Source: a virus. Taken from it: DNA of 64,000 bases. The notes under the pieces were generated by a model that made no database searches, was not told the DNA's origin, and was given only the letters and a program-made list of their open reading frames with translations. The position numbers and the translations under genes were made by a program. How positions within the stretch are numbered: the first letter of the stretch is position 1; every line of letters starts with the position of its first letter. The stretch lies in IMG/VR virus record IMGVR_UViG_3300022843_000013, positions 1 through 64,000 of that record. The stretch is one strand, 5' to 3'. Below are positions 9,614-19,376 of the stretch, in pieces.

Positions 9614-10279
9614 TTAATAAAGCGCCGCCAAGGCCGCGCGTCTGAAGTATGTGTTGTTGTGTAGTCCTTTCATCTTAGCGAGGCGGTATACAGCACCGGC
9701 ACGCGCCTTGCGGCTCGGGTCCAGGCCGATATCACCACAAAAAGATTTCGTCCCGGCCGCGCAATTACCAACGGAGGCTGACGCCATACTCAAGGTCACC
9801 CTCCGAGTATTGGATCGGAGCTTTGCCTCAACTTCTGCCGTGGTCAGCTTCTTAAACCTATACCACGCCCACGCTCTAATATTGGCGAGACGATGGCGCT
9901 TAATGGCCGCCCGCAAGGACCTCTCCGTTTTCCCGTGCAACCCCGACTTCGTGTCGACGAAACAGGGGGTGAGTTTCATGGAGAGGCCACGAGACGGAGT
10001 CAGCGTGTAACACCGAGTGACGCCTTTACTCCGATAGGGTAAGATAGTCGTGACAAGTCCTATTTCTATGACCTCATGAGTCCTGGGGACTCTCAGGGTA
10101 TGCTTGGCCTGCCTGTCGCAACGCATATGTTTAAAAGGTCCCGACCACACCGGGGATTGATAATCGTAATGCGGATCTTTCCCGTCGGTCCACTTTGAGT
10201 CCCAATCTCCGAAGCCCGCACCAGTGGCTGGGTAGATTCTCTTGCCGCCTCTGACGACGTATTTAAGTATTTTCATCAT
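9614..10279 (-). CDS. Basic hypothetical protein
   Basis: Long ORF; C-terminal GNCxAGTxxF motif seen in phage proteins. Confidence 0.6.
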   Translation of the reverse strand: MMKILKYVVRGGKRIYPATGAGFGDWDSKWTDGKDPHYDYQSPVWSGPFKHMRCDRQAKHTLRVPRTHEVIEIGLVTTILPYRSKGVTRCYTLTPSRGLSMKLTPCFVDTKSGLHGKTERSLRAAIKRHRLANIRAWAWYRFKKLTTAEVEAKLRSNTRRVTLSMASASVGNCAAGTKSFCGDIGLDPSRKARAGAVYRLAKMKGLHNNTYFRRAALAALY

Positions 10280-10283
10280 GCTG

Positions 10284-10973
10284 CTAAGGTGTGCTCACCC
10301 CGCCGAGGTCTGAGGATATTACACGAGCCCCGATCTTGTTGTATGCGTCGCCTAATTCGCCTAGGATATCAGTGTTGACGAGTTCGTCCGACATTTCAGA
10401 AGGGACCTCTATCTCGACGCGGCTAGTCACAACGACCTTTCGCGTGGCGGGTTTCGGCTGCTCGGGCTTCGGTAGCCTGATGCCTTCGTCGTCCCAGATA
10501 GACACGGAGCATGCGCCCTCGAAAACCCCGAAACATTCGACGTCCTCCGGTTCCATAGACCACGCATGCGCGCACCTTTGTGCCAGAAGAAACGCAGCTT
10601 CGTAGGCGTCTGCGGCGTTTACGACCTCCACAAACGTGGTCGACTGGGCTGGATCACCCACCTCACGAACTAGGCCGGTGAAGGGTCGCGTCTGGATCTC
10701 CCATTCGGCCTCGTCTCTTACGATGCGGCGGGCCGCGAGAAATTCTAAATGAGGACACTCAAAGTTTCGCAAATTCAAAAAATCGCCCATCTCCGACAGC
10801 GGTGCGCGGTGAAACCGCACCTCCCACGATCCGGCGACGACATCGTATCCCGGTCCGTCGATTTTAATTGTTGCGCCAGCGGCGGCGTCGGGCGTTATTT
10901 CTAGGAGGCACGCTAAGACGTGCCTTCTTGATTTCAGGCTTCTGACTTTTTTGTTTGCTTTAATATTTATCAT
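10284..10973 (-). CDS. Hypothetical protein
   Basis: Long ORF with A-rich leader. Confidence 0.6.
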   Translation of the reverse strand: MINIKANKKVRSLKSRRHVLACLLEITPDAAAGATIKIDGPGYDVVAGSWEVRFHRAPLSEMGDFLNLRNFECPHLEFLAARRIVRDEAEWEIQTRPFTGLVREVGDPAQSTTFVEVVNAADAYEAAFLLAQRCAHAWSMEPEDVECFGVFEGACSVSIWDDEGIRLPKPEQPKPATRKVVVTSRVEIEVPSEMSDELVNTDILGELGDAYNKIGARVISSDLGGVSTP

Positions 10974-11000
10974 TTTGTTGGTGGTAGAGTTTTTAACGGC

Positions 11001-11420
11001 CTAACCGGCCGTGCTAGATAAGGGGTCCGCCGCAGCTTGGTGCGCTAAAGATTGCTCGATAGCGTTGCGACACGCCGCGACAATTGCCCGCGCGCCTGCT
11101 CGGCTAACGCGCATCTGTCGGTTCTGAAGACCTTCGTAGTCCTTAGGGCCTCGCACGCCCCGGATGACGATAATGAGGTCATCCGGAGATGTGCACGCTT
11201 CTTGGACCCACACATGGAGAGTCGGGGCTCTCAGAGTAATCTCCCCGGAGCACGCTACGCCCGCCTTGTTACTACTGATGTCGTAAGGGTCGAGTCGTAG
11301 CTCGTCCGCGAGTTCCTTAAGGAAAGATCTGGCTCTCCGGTGTAGGAGGTTCTTGGCTCTGGGATCGCAGTAAGCGTAACTTTTCCCGGCGACGTCTTGA
11401 AGCGGTTTAAATCTCTTCAT
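11001..11420 (-). CDS. Conserved hypothetical phage protein
   Basis: SNKAGVACSGEITL...KDYxGxxN motif. Confidence 0.6.
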   Translation of the reverse strand: MKRFKPLQDVAGKSYAYCDPRAKNLLHRRARSFLKELADELRLDPYDISSNKAGVACSGEITLRAPTLHVWVQEACTSPDDLIIVIRGVRGPKDYEGLQNRQMRVSRAGARAIVAACRNAIEQSLAHQAAADPLSSTAG

Positions 11421-11701
11421 TTCTTTTTACAGTTGAGGATGTAATCCAGATGCCTCAGGGCCTTCTTGGTCGCGGTCACGTTAACTTTGCGGCGATCATG
11501 GGCGTCGACCTTTCGCTTGACGAGTCCTAGACTCTCCATGGTGTCGACCAGGCTCGTGGCCCCGGCCGATGTTATGAGGATCTTCGCGGCGATTCCGGCC
11601 ATCGCTAAAGGGCCGTGTTCTCTTAGGGCAGAAACCACGGCGAGGTGTTGGAATGACAATCCGCGCTTCGCGCAGCCTTGTTGAATTTCAATTAAGTTCA
11701 T
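11417..11701 (-). CDS. MarR-like winged-helix regulator
   Basis: TSAGATSLVDTMESLGLVKR..DAHDRRKV. Confidence 0.8.
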   Translation of the reverse strand: MNLIEIQQGCAKRGLSFQHLAVVSALREHGPLAMAGIAAKILITSAGATSLVDTMESLGLVKRKVDAHDRRKVNVTATKKALRHLDYILNCKKK

Positions 11702-12060
11702 TTTGATTTTGTTTCGATTTCTTGTATTTTCCGGATCACTGCTTCGCGAGATCTGGCGTCGTTGTTTTTGAGGTAATCCTTAACCAGACTTATCATCTTC
11801 GTAAGGTCTGGTATCTCCAGCTCGGTAATGTGCCACGTGAGAGTCCTCGAGGATTCTCTGGGATCGAAGTAGGTGCGTATCACGTCCCTGTCGGACTCCG
11901 GCATCTTAGGCGGCGGCTCGCCGTCTTCCCAGACTGCGGACGTCCAGTCGTCTCGGCACAGCGTAGCGATCGCGACCTCGATGGAAGCCCTGTCCGTATC
12001 TGCAAAGTGAGGGGCGACGTATCCGATGTCTGCCGTCGCTTGATAAACTTTGGTTTTCAT
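11698..12060 (-). CDS. Hypothetical protein
   Basis: Overlap-coupled ORF. Confidence 0.55.
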   Translation of the reverse strand: MKTKVYQATADIGYVAPHFADTDRASIEVAIATLCRDDWTSAVWEDGEPPPKMPESDRDVIRTYFDPRESSRTLTWHITELEIPDLTKMISLVKDYLKNNDARSREAVIRKIQEIETKSK

Positions 12061-12065
12061 TTTGT

Positions 12066-12097
12066 AAAAGAGAGCCGACGTCTTAGTCGGCCCTCTT
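12066..12097 (-). terminator. Intrinsic terminator-like hairpin
   Basis: AAGAGAGCCGAC...GTCGGCCCTCTT with a T-run on the - strand. Confidence 0.6.
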
Positions 12098-12103
12098 GAT
12101 TTT

Positions 12104-12970
12104 CTATTCAGCCTCGGCTTGGTGGACTACCCACTGCCAGTAGCCCAGGGCCGTGTCTCCGGCGACAGCCTCCGCCACCCAATCAGGCCTCGTGTAAAGC
12201 GGGTGATTTCCGAAAAATCCAATCTCGCTTATGAGGGCGTCTGTTGCCTCTCGCATACCCTGGTCGGAACTTTCGATCTTAATCTCATCGGTCGCCGGGG
12301 TGTGATGATCTTCGAATGCGATCGGTCGTTCTTCCATGTACCACTTCACGATGTGCAGTGGTATAGGTCCTCCCCAGCGGTCAACGCCGATATCCAGTAT
12401 CTTACCGCCCGTGTCTGGGAGGTTGTTGTGGCAGTGCCCGTGGAGCATCCAGGCGCCTCGGGCGAGTTGGTTCCAGGACCTGATGGGGTAGTGACACAGC
12501 ACGATGCGCTGCTTATGCTCTCCCCCGATGTCGATCTTGAGTTCGTGGTAGTCTTTGACCCACACCCACGCGTCATTCTTGGTTACCTCATCGCGATCGT
12601 GATTACCTTTGATGAGGTGTTTATGTCCAGCTAGGCGTCCCAGTATTCTAGAGATAGGATCGGCGCTTTTCTTCTTACCCCAAGACAAAGCAAAATCCCC
12701 GAGGTGGTAGACAAAGTCCTGGGGTCGCACCTGCGAGTTCCACCGATCAATGTAGGTCTCGGTCATAGCCTCCAGAGTCTCGTATCGCGGCCGCGTCTTG
12801 ATGATGTTGCCGTGTAGAAAGTGGGTGTCTGAAGTGAAGAATATTCTTCGTTGATTACTCATGCGCCCCCTCCCACTTGTAGCGTTCGCCGAACTCTTTG
12901 AAGGCGTCGTTATACGCCTCAGACCCGGAGCGAGCGTCCCGGGCCATTCAGATATTTTTTCTTTTTGCAT
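12104..12970 (-). CDS. Calcineurin-like metallophosphoesterase
   Basis: DTH, GD, GNHD, HYP, HGHCH motifs; alternative start MSNQRR at 12862. Confidence 0.9.
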   Translation of the reverse strand: MQKEKISEWPGTLAPGLRRITTPSKSSANATSGRGRMSNQRRIFFTSDTHFLHGNIIKTRPRYETLEAMTETYIDRWNSQVRPQDFVYHLGDFALSWGKKKSADPISRILGRLAGHKHLIKGNHDRDEVTKNDAWVWVKDYHELKIDIGGEHKQRIVLCHYPIRSWNQLARGAWMLHGHCHNNLPDTGGKILDIGVDRWGGPIPLHIVKWYMEERPIAFEDHHTPATDEIKIESSDQGMREATDALISEIGFFGNHPLYTRPDWVAEAVAGDTALGYWQWVVHQAEAE

Positions 12971-12974
12971 ATTA

Positions 12975-14945
12975 TTACTTTCCGTAAATGTGTTCTACGA
13001 ATGGTCTGATGTTCGATTCTTGACTATACCAGGCGAGACCTAGCGCCCTAGCTAGTCCGTGTGTGACGGAGTTTCCGATCGCCTTTGTGATCTCCGTCTT
13101 GTTCTTTCCGGCCCACTTCATATCGACCGGGAACCCCATTGCTTTTTGAAGCTCCACATTAGTCAGCATGCGGTAGAAAAGGTCTATCCTGATAAGCCTC
13201 CCGTCGAGTTCTATAGCTGGGTAGACCAGGGCGTGCCCAGCCTTGGTTCGGCACGTCGGGAGCGGACGGTCGATGTCGGATCCTTCCGATCCCGAAGAAT
13301 AGTAAACGTAGATGTAGGGCTTAGCATCCACGCGTCCGGTCTTGTGCAACTCCGCAATTAGGAACCTCAGGAAAGTGGACGCCCTTGAAATGTCCACCCC
13401 CTTGTGGGTGCAAGCCTTCATAAACCGATCGCGGAGTTCATCAAGTTCGAGCTCAATGCACGAAGCGTTCGCTTTCGTTACAAGCGTGCGCACAGGCGAG
13501 TCAACTCCGTAGCGCCCATGATTTTTACCTCCTCCCGTTTGATCGATAGCCATCATAAACGCCTCGGCGAGGGCCTGGTGGCTTCCTGAAGACGTTACGG
13601 TGGGTATCGGCTCACTAACTGGCTTGGCCACTCCAGTCCCTCGCAGATGGTCAACCAGGGGCTGCATGACGTAATGCGCCGGGTTCGACGTCACCGCGGT
13701 GAGAGGTCCGTCAACACTCTGCGCCGTCGACGCACCTTTTAGCTGTATGACAGCGGGTTCTACGAGCACCTCGTGGGATTTTGTAGTGAGTGTTTGCAGG
13801 GGCATATGGACGCTGCGAGTGTAGTCAACCTGGTGGCCGGCGTCCTTCGGAAGGATGTAGGCCTCAGGGGCCGCCAGCCCTCCAGCTCCATGAGAAGTTA
13901 CCGTAGGTAGAGGCGCCTCTAGCGAATGCGTGCGAGGCTGCTGCGTGGGGCGCTCACCGAAGTTAGGCGACAGAAACTCCTTGAGCCCATACTTGACTAA
14001 CCCGATCGCAAGGCGTCGGAACGTATTGTCGGCTAAGGGACGCTTCCTCGTAAATACGCTCTGACCTCGGTGCGACCAGTCAATGACGTGGTCACGCGCG
14101 CTAGGCCACGCCCACACCTTACCGGGGACTTCCCCGCCTTTGTCGTGCGTAGGGTCTGGCCAGACGGCGGTCTTTCCGCAGGCGTCTCGGACGGCCTGCA
14201 CAAACAAACGTCTTCGGATTGTCGGGTCGCCGTAGTCGCACGATCGGAGGATGCGCCACTCCAGCGTGTATCCCTTTTCTGTGAGGGCAGACACCCACGC
14301 GGAGAAGTATTCCCCCGCGCGGCTTTTATCGGGGACCATGTAGGGCGCATACCCTAAGCCCTCCATACGGGAAGACCAGGAGGCTTCCGCCTCTCTAGGA
14401 GTCCGGCGACGGGCGTGTCCTTTTGGGAGGAGCCGAACCGGCTTGCTACTTTTAGCCCACATCAGCTCCCCCTTACCGCGGCGGACTTTCCGACGCTTCT
14501 GTAATGTAGGTCCCCACGAGAGCCACTCGGGGACGTTCTCTACGATAAGGCAATCTGGACGCACGTGGTCGACCCAGTCTAAAACGGAGTGGCCGTGCGA
14601 GCGCTCCTGCTCAGAGACGCAGGCAGCCCCCTTAGCTACGCTGAAATGCTGGCAGCTAGGAGACGCCCACATCAGAGAGCACCCGGGGGACGGTGGCGAC
14701 ACAGACTTCGGGTCCAGCTTGAAAAGGTCCTCGCGCATGTGCCTGTGCTCCGGGTGATTCGCGGTGTGGATGTCGATCGCGGCGTCCCAATGGTTCACGA
14801 ACGTCCCGGCGACGTCCCTATTCAGGATTTTGTTAGCCTCTAGGAGGCCGCCACCGGAGCCGCCCGCTCCACAAAATAAATCCACAAGCGTGTCAGGAAC
14901 GCCACTCCTTGGTTGGTCTAGTAATACTAAATTATCCGGAATCAT
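12975..14945 (-). CDS. C5-cytosine DNA methyltransferase with repeated internal modules
   Basis: Motif I DLFCGAGG, IV SPSCQHFS, VI ENV, VIII PTIRRR, IX RMLT..ELQKAMGF, X IGNSV. Confidence 0.93.
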   Translation of the reverse strand: MIPDNLVLLDQPRSGVPDTLVDLFCGAGGSGGGLLEANKILNRDVAGTFVNHWDAAIDIHTANHPEHRHMREDLFKLDPKSVSPPSPGCSLMWASPSCQHFSVAKGAACVSEQERSHGHSVLDWVDHVRPDCLIVENVPEWLSWGPTLQKRRKVRRGKGELMWAKSSKPVRLLPKGHARRRTPREAEASWSSRMEGLGYAPYMVPDKSRAGEYFSAWVSALTEKGYTLEWRILRSCDYGDPTIRRRLFVQAVRDACGKTAVWPDPTHDKGGEVPGKVWAWPSARDHVIDWSHRGQSVFTRKRPLADNTFRRLAIGLVKYGLKEFLSPNFGERPTQQPRTHSLEAPLPTVTSHGAGGLAAPEAYILPKDAGHQVDYTRSVHMPLQTLTTKSHEVLVEPAVIQLKGASTAQSVDGPLTAVTSNPAHYVMQPLVDHLRGTGVAKPVSEPIPTVTSSGSHQALAEAFMMAIDQTGGGKNHGRYGVDSPVRTLVTKANASCIELELDELRDRFMKACTHKGVDISRASTFLRFLIAELHKTGRVDAKPYIYVYYSSGSEGSDIDRPLPTCRTKAGHALVYPAIELDGRLIRIDLFYRMLTNVELQKAMGFPVDMKWAGKNKTEITKAIGNSVTHGLARALGLAWYSQESNIRPFVEHIYGK

Positions 14946-14947
14946 AT

Positions 14948-15700
14948 TTACAATGGTGTGATGGTTCTTAATTGGCGCGATATCGACGCACCGTGGTGTT
15001 TTAGGAAGGCGTCTCCTGCGGCTCTCCAGAATACCTCAAAGGATTTGTCGTCGCGAGGAAACGCCGGATCGTGGGGACTCACGCGTGCCCAGGCCTTGCG
15101 GGCGGACTCCTTAATGTATTCCTCGGCTGCAGATTTTTCCCAGAAGTAACCGTCGTAGTAAATCTCAACGTCGCCCATGTTGAGGCGCATCTCAGCTCGA
15201 TAGACGCTCGCCGGTCGGGTTGCTGCGATCGAGTAATCCCGCAGGTATCCTGAAATGTCGGAGATGTCGATTTCGTGCGCGTCCTTACCGGAGACGGTGA
15301 AGAACTTACCCCTGTGGAGCCACATGTAGACGGAGGACCCAGCGAACTCAGCAACCCACTCCTGGCTGCCACCTTTGACGTCCGCAGGCCACTCCCCAGT
15401 GCTGACGCACATCGACACCACCCCTTGCACTTGCGCGGGGACCTTTCGGTCCGATCTGCCCGGGGCTATCTTAATGCCGAGCCGATCTCCCAGAGATAGC
15501 AGGGCGCTCTTGAGGTCGTGAACTACCCCGCTGCCGCCGTGCGTCTCCACCTCCTCGAGGCTGTCCGCGACGTCTTCATCGGAATCGAAGGCCTCTAAAA
15601 CTCCGGAGTCCCAAAGTATGTAGGCCGCCGGCTCATCTCCGAAATCAAGTGTCATTCGGGAGTCCCCTCTTTTCACTATTTCCATATTCTTGCGGATCAC
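14948..15700 (-). CDS. Hypothetical protein
   Basis: Long ORF. Confidence 0.6.
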   Translation of the reverse strand: MIRKNMEIVKRGDSRMTLDFGDEPAAYILWDSGVLEAFDSDEDVADSLEEVETHGGSGVVHDLKSALLSLGDRLGIKIAPGRSDRKVPAQVQGVVSMCVSTGEWPADVKGGSQEWVAEFAGSSVYMWLHRGKFFTVSGKDAHEIDISDISGYLRDYSIAATRPASVYRAEMRLNMGDVEIYYDGYFWEKSAAEEYIKESARKAWARVSPHDPAFPRDDKSFEVFWRAAGDAFLKHHGASISRQLRTITPL

Positions 15701-15701
15701 G

Positions 15702-15950
15702 TTAAACAGGTAGTCCGGATTTAGCGCGGCGTTCAGTCAGCTGAGCATCTTCTTTGCTGCGCTCCCAGTCATGCCATTGGTCAGGGTATCCTCGCGCGTC
15801 GAAGACGGTGAGGGCGTAGTCGACTTCGGCGACCACCTTGGCAGCCTGCGTCGCTTTGTGCTCTTGGGGCGATCTGGCAAGTGCGTTCTTAGCTCGGGTT
15901 AGTCGAGACTTGAGGCGAGAATACTCGCGTTGTGATAATTGTTCGTTCAT
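15702..15950 (-). CDS. Conserved small phage protein
   Basis: RLKSRLTRA...YPDQWHDWER motif. Confidence 0.6.
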   Translation of the reverse strand: MNEQLSQREYSRLKSRLTRAKNALARSPQEHKATQAAKVVAEVDYALTVFDARGYPDQWHDWERSKEDAQLTERRAKSGLPV

Positions 15951-16049
15951 ATTGATTATAGGTTTAATTGTCTTACTAGTCTGATTGGGTCGTCGATTTT
16001 TTAGGTAGGTAGGTGGGGAACTTTCGTCCCTAAGGGCGCTGCGCGTCTC

Positions 16050-16580
16050 TCACTCATAAGATAAGGGAGGGCCCGGGATTTCGATGACGCAGGAGTGGAC
16101 TACCGCGGGAGGGTCTGACTCGTCCGCCCACCCATGCGGCGGGCCTCCCCCGAACAGGACCTCTTCTACGAAGTAACTCCAAGCGTCACGCTCTTCGTCC
16201 TCGTCGAGCTCCACGACGCACGTGTAATCGTCTTCATGAGGTAAGTGCCCACTCACCACGTAGTAGCGCGTCTTAATGGGGAACGCCTCGGGATTCACGA
16301 CGAAAGGCGGCGGGGGAGTATCACCTTCGTGGTTACGCAAGTCGGACTCATACCGCGCGTGTCCTACTGCCGCCCTCGCAATCCCTAGGATTTCAGACAC
16401 TCCGGTGGATCGGCTTAGGTGGATTACGTCGGTTAGTAAGTCCGTAATGCAAGCACGCAGCGTATCAACGCCTACCTCCCGGGCGTAGGCGCTCAGGAGT
16501 AGATTGGCGCGGGCGGCTCTCTTTTTTACGGTGACTCCGCCTACTTTCAGGTCTGGGTGGTATTCTATAATTCTACTCAT
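16050..16580 (-). CDS. Hypothetical protein
   Basis: ITDLLTDxxH motif. Confidence 0.55.
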   Translation of the reverse strand: MSRIIEYHPDLKVGGVTVKKRAARANLLLSAYAREVGVDTLRACITDLLTDVIHLSRSTGVSEILGIARAAVGHARYESDLRNHEGDTPPPPFVVNPEAFPIKTRYYVVSGHLPHEDDYTCVVELDEDEERDAWSYFVEEVLFGGGPPHGWADESDPPAVVHSCVIEIPGPPLSYE

Positions 16581-17197
16581 TCGTTTATTTGGGGTAGTGT
16601 TCGTTCGTCGGCGTTTTTGAGAATCTCCCCGACGTCAAGCCATGCCGGCCGCACGGAATTGAGGAGGGCTTCGCGCGTCCCTGCGTCCATAGAGGAGTAG
16701 AAGTGCGTAATGGGTAGGTAGCGCGCCGACACCTGAAGGGGTGTCCAATACCCCAAGACGACGCGTCCCTCGTGCGACTCTATCGTTTCCTGCGCTCTCG
16801 AAAAAGGTATGGGATCTTGCAAACCCACGCGCGACTCGTATTCCGCCGCGACTTCGCGCAGAAGTAGGAAACTCGCGTCGTCGTCGACGTATCCATACAG
16901 CATGTTGGTATCAGCACTGACCCCATTGAACCAAAGCATCACGGGGTAGATTTTTCGCGGCAGTGTCAGCATCGGCATTACCTCCCTCACGTAGACCACA
17001 GCAGAGTGGTCAGGCAGGAGTGTGCCCACTTGGTGCTCGACCGAGACGACTTCGAAAAAGAACTTTTCCGGCGCGGACGGTCCTGCAATCGGGTGCAACG
17101 ATACTCGCTGACCAACGGCGGGGACTTGGTGCATGTCGACTTTCTGTATGACCGTCTCTACGCCGCCCTCCCACTCGGATATGGTGACTTTAATCAT
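16577..17197 (-). CDS. Hypothetical protein
   Basis: Likely start MIKVTISE near 17197. Confidence 0.5.
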   Translation of the reverse strand: MIKVTISEWEGGVETVIQKVDMHQVPAVGQRVSLHPIAGPSAPEKFFFEVVSVEHQVGTLLPDHSAVVYVREVMPMLTLPRKIYPVMLWFNGVSADTNMLYGYVDDDASFLLLREVAAEYESRVGLQDPIPFSRAQETIESHEGRVVLGYWTPLQVSARYLPITHFYSSMDAGTREALLNSVRPAWLDVGEILKNADERTLPQINE

Positions 17198-17573
17198 GGT
17201 TTGCGATGCGCAGTGCTTGTTGGTGATAGTAAGACCCAGCACGAGCGACGCGATTGACGTGGTCCTCGGCGTCGGAGTCGCACCTGAAATGGGTGGCTTC
17301 GTCATCCCTCTCGATTTGCTTGCCGTCCTCGGAACTCATGATACACCAACCCTCCTCCAGCGCGAGGCCTTGATCGAAAGCGTCATCGTCTGGTGTATCC
17401 TCGCAAGATGTAAGGTGCATCGCTAGATCTAAGGTCCACCTCCGTCCCGTGCGGGGGTCGACGAATAAAATCACACCCGCGGGTAATTGCTCGCGGATTA
17501 TCGGTTCGGTCGCTCCCGCCTCTCCAGCGAGGTGCGAGAGATAACCCGAAAAACTTATTTGGTCGATTTTCAT
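17190..17573 (-). CDS. Hypothetical protein
   Basis: A..EGWCI...QIERDD..F..D..A motif. Confidence 0.55.
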   Translation of the reverse strand: MKIDQISFSGYLSHLAGEAGATEPIIREQLPAGVILFVDPRTGRRWTLDLAMHLTSCEDTPDDDAFDQGLALEEGWCIMSSEDGKQIERDDEATHFRCDSDAEDHVNRVARAGSYYHQQALRIANHD

Positions 17574-18061
17574 ATTTCTTTTGTGCTGGATTGTTCGAGA
17601 GTGACCCCCCGTAAATGGTCATGCTCATGCTGAAAGATTCGAGCAGATGCCCCGTGCAGGACAGCGCCTGATATTCTGTGACCTACCACGTTGGTCCAGC
17701 TTGCGACGATGCGGTAGGGACGCTTCACGTAGAACCGGCGGCCCGGCAAGGATAGGCACCCTTCAATCTCCTCGACCATCTCCGTCTTAGGGAGGGCCTC
17801 CCACGTCGGGTTTATGAAGAAATGAGCACTTGGCTTGCTCTGGGCCTTGTATTTGAAATTGGACCCCTTCACCACGAAGAAGAAATTCTCGCGCATACCT
17901 AACTGGTTAGCGGCGATACCGACGCCGCCGTGAATTGCGCAGATGATATCCAGCTGCTCGGCGTATAATTTCAGCGACGCGTGGGAGGATTTAATACCCG
18001 TGAAATCCTCATGGAGGAGGTTCCCTGGAGTTGATTTTGAGTGTAACTTTAAGATTTTCAT
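17570..18061 (-). CDS. def: Peptide deformylase
   Basis: GVGIAANQ, EGCLS and QHEHDHL motifs; start MKILK at 18061. Confidence 0.95.
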   Translation of the reverse strand: MKILKLHSKSTPGNLLHEDFTGIKSSHASLKLYAEQLDIICAIHGGVGIAANQLGMRENFFFVVKGSNFKYKAQSKPSAHFFINPTWEALPKTEMVEEIEGCLSLPGRRFYVKRPYRIVASWTNVVGHRISGAVLHGASARIFQHEHDHLRGVTLEQSSTKEI

Positions 18062-18080
18062 ATTTTTTCGTCGAAATAGA

Positions 18081-18113
18081 AAGGGTGCCGGGAGACTCGC
18101 TCCCGGCACCCTT
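18081..18113 (-). terminator. Intrinsic terminator-like hairpin
   Basis: 14-bp perfect stem AAGGGTGCCGGGAG/CTCCCGGCACCCTT. Confidence 0.7.
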
Positions 18114-18136
18114 GGTGTTTGTGTGGCCTGCGCCGT

Positions 18137-18478
18137 TTACCAGTCAGCCTGATACAAGGCAGACAGGTGCTCATTGATGGCCGTGACGTGCTCCGAAGCC
18201 GTTCGTCGTTCCTGCGTTTCGCGCATATCTTGAATATGCGAGGCGGCGGCGACGCCGGCCGCTAGGTGCGCGTCGTCGTCCAGATCTAGCTGGGCGATGA
18301 ACGGTATCGTGAATCTGGACAAGACCTCTTCCTGATAATGAACGCTGCCCTGAAGAAGGTCGGCGAGAAACTCGTGCGCGTTCATAGCTGCCGCGCGAAT
18401 ACGGGAAGGTCCAACAATAGCCTCCAGCTGCGCTATGATGTCTGCTGCGTTGGGGTTGATCGATGTGGGAGTTTTCAT
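18137..18478 (-). CDS. Hypothetical protein
   Basis: ORF between the resolvase and a terminator. Confidence 0.55.
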   Translation of the reverse strand: MKTPTSINPNAADIIAQLEAIVGPSRIRAAAMNAHEFLADLLQGSVHYQEEVLSRFTIPFIAQLDLDDDAHLAAGVAAASHIQDMRETQERRTASEHVTAINEHLSALYQADW

Positions 18479-18487
18479 GGTTGGTAA

Positions 18488-19057
18488 TTATCGTTTGTTG
18501 AGTCGGGCCCATTCGGCGATAAGGGCTGCATCAGCGTCTGACGCCTTGGTGTTTCCGAAGTCCTGCTTAGGGAACAGTCGGCGTCCGATCTCTAGAGACG
18601 AGATCTTGGTCTGCTTCTTAACATCCTTACGCCTCGCGTCTAAGGCCTTCTTCTCTGCTGGCGTGGCCCCCTTGCTAGCTCGAGGGACAGATTTAGGAGG
18701 TGGGAGCATAACTTTCTGCCACGTCTTGGAGTCCACATACTCGAACTTAATTCCCAGAACCTCCATTACGACGTTCTGAGCCTCGTCGCACCGAACACTA
18801 CTCTGGATAGCCTTCCACCCCATGTGCGGGCCGGTCGCAGGCCTCTCCAGCACCAATACCGCGTTACCGACGTAAGGTCGTAGAATCTCGGCAAACTTAT
18901 GGGGCATGAGGCGCCTGATGGAGTCAGTCGACTTGGTGTAAGTCTGTCGCGGCTCCACGGGAGTCGGCCCGTAGAAGATCATGCGACCTCTAGAGTCGAC
19001 GACCGCGATGGATCCGGACACGCCGTTGTCCACGCCGATGTAGTAATATTCTTCCAT
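18488..19057 (-). CDS. RuvC-like Holliday junction resolvase
   Basis: IGVDNGVSG, VLERP, WQK, ADAALIA; start MEEYYY at 19057. Confidence 0.85.
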   Translation of the reverse strand: MEEYYYIGVDNGVSGSIAVVDSRGRMIFYGPTPVEPRQTYTKSTDSIRRLMPHKFAEILRPYVGNAVLVLERPATGPHMGWKAIQSSVRCDEAQNVVMEVLGIKFEYVDSKTWQKVMLPPPKSVPRASKGATPAEKKALDARRKDVKKQTKISSLEIGRRLFPKQDFGNTKASDADAALIAEWARLNKR

Positions 19058-19077
19058 TTTATTATTATTTTTAACGC

Positions 19078-19110
19078 AAAAAGCGGCCCCCACTTGGAGA
19101 GCCGCCTTTG
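19078..19110 (-). terminator. Intrinsic terminator-like hairpin
   Basis: AAGCGGC...GCCGCCTT followed by a T-run on the - strand. Confidence 0.6.
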
Positions 19111-19133
19111 CTTGAATTTGATTATGAGCGAGT

Positions 19134-19340
19134 TTATCCGTTGGAGGATTCCTCGACCATGTGTCCGGTAGCGAGGATGCGGCTGAGCTGCGCCTTCTTC
19201 GTAAGATTTTCCCCTTCGGAGGGCCAAGTCTTTCCGAGAATGTCGGATTGCTCAGCGTTAGCGCTGGCCGACTTCTCAAAGACGGCGATTCCAGAGCGGA
19301 CGGTGGCGCCAACGATGGCTTGAAAATCAGAGTCTGTCAT
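19134..19340 (-). CDS. Small hypothetical protein with EKSA motif
   Basis: Lies between the RNAP gene and a terminator. Confidence 0.5.
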   Translation of the reverse strand: MTDSDFQAIVGATVRSGIAVFEKSASANAEQSDILGKTWPSEGENLTKKAQLSRILATGHMVEESSNG

Positions 19341-19376
19341 GTCGTGAGGTTAGCAGGATGCGCGAACCAGGCAAGT

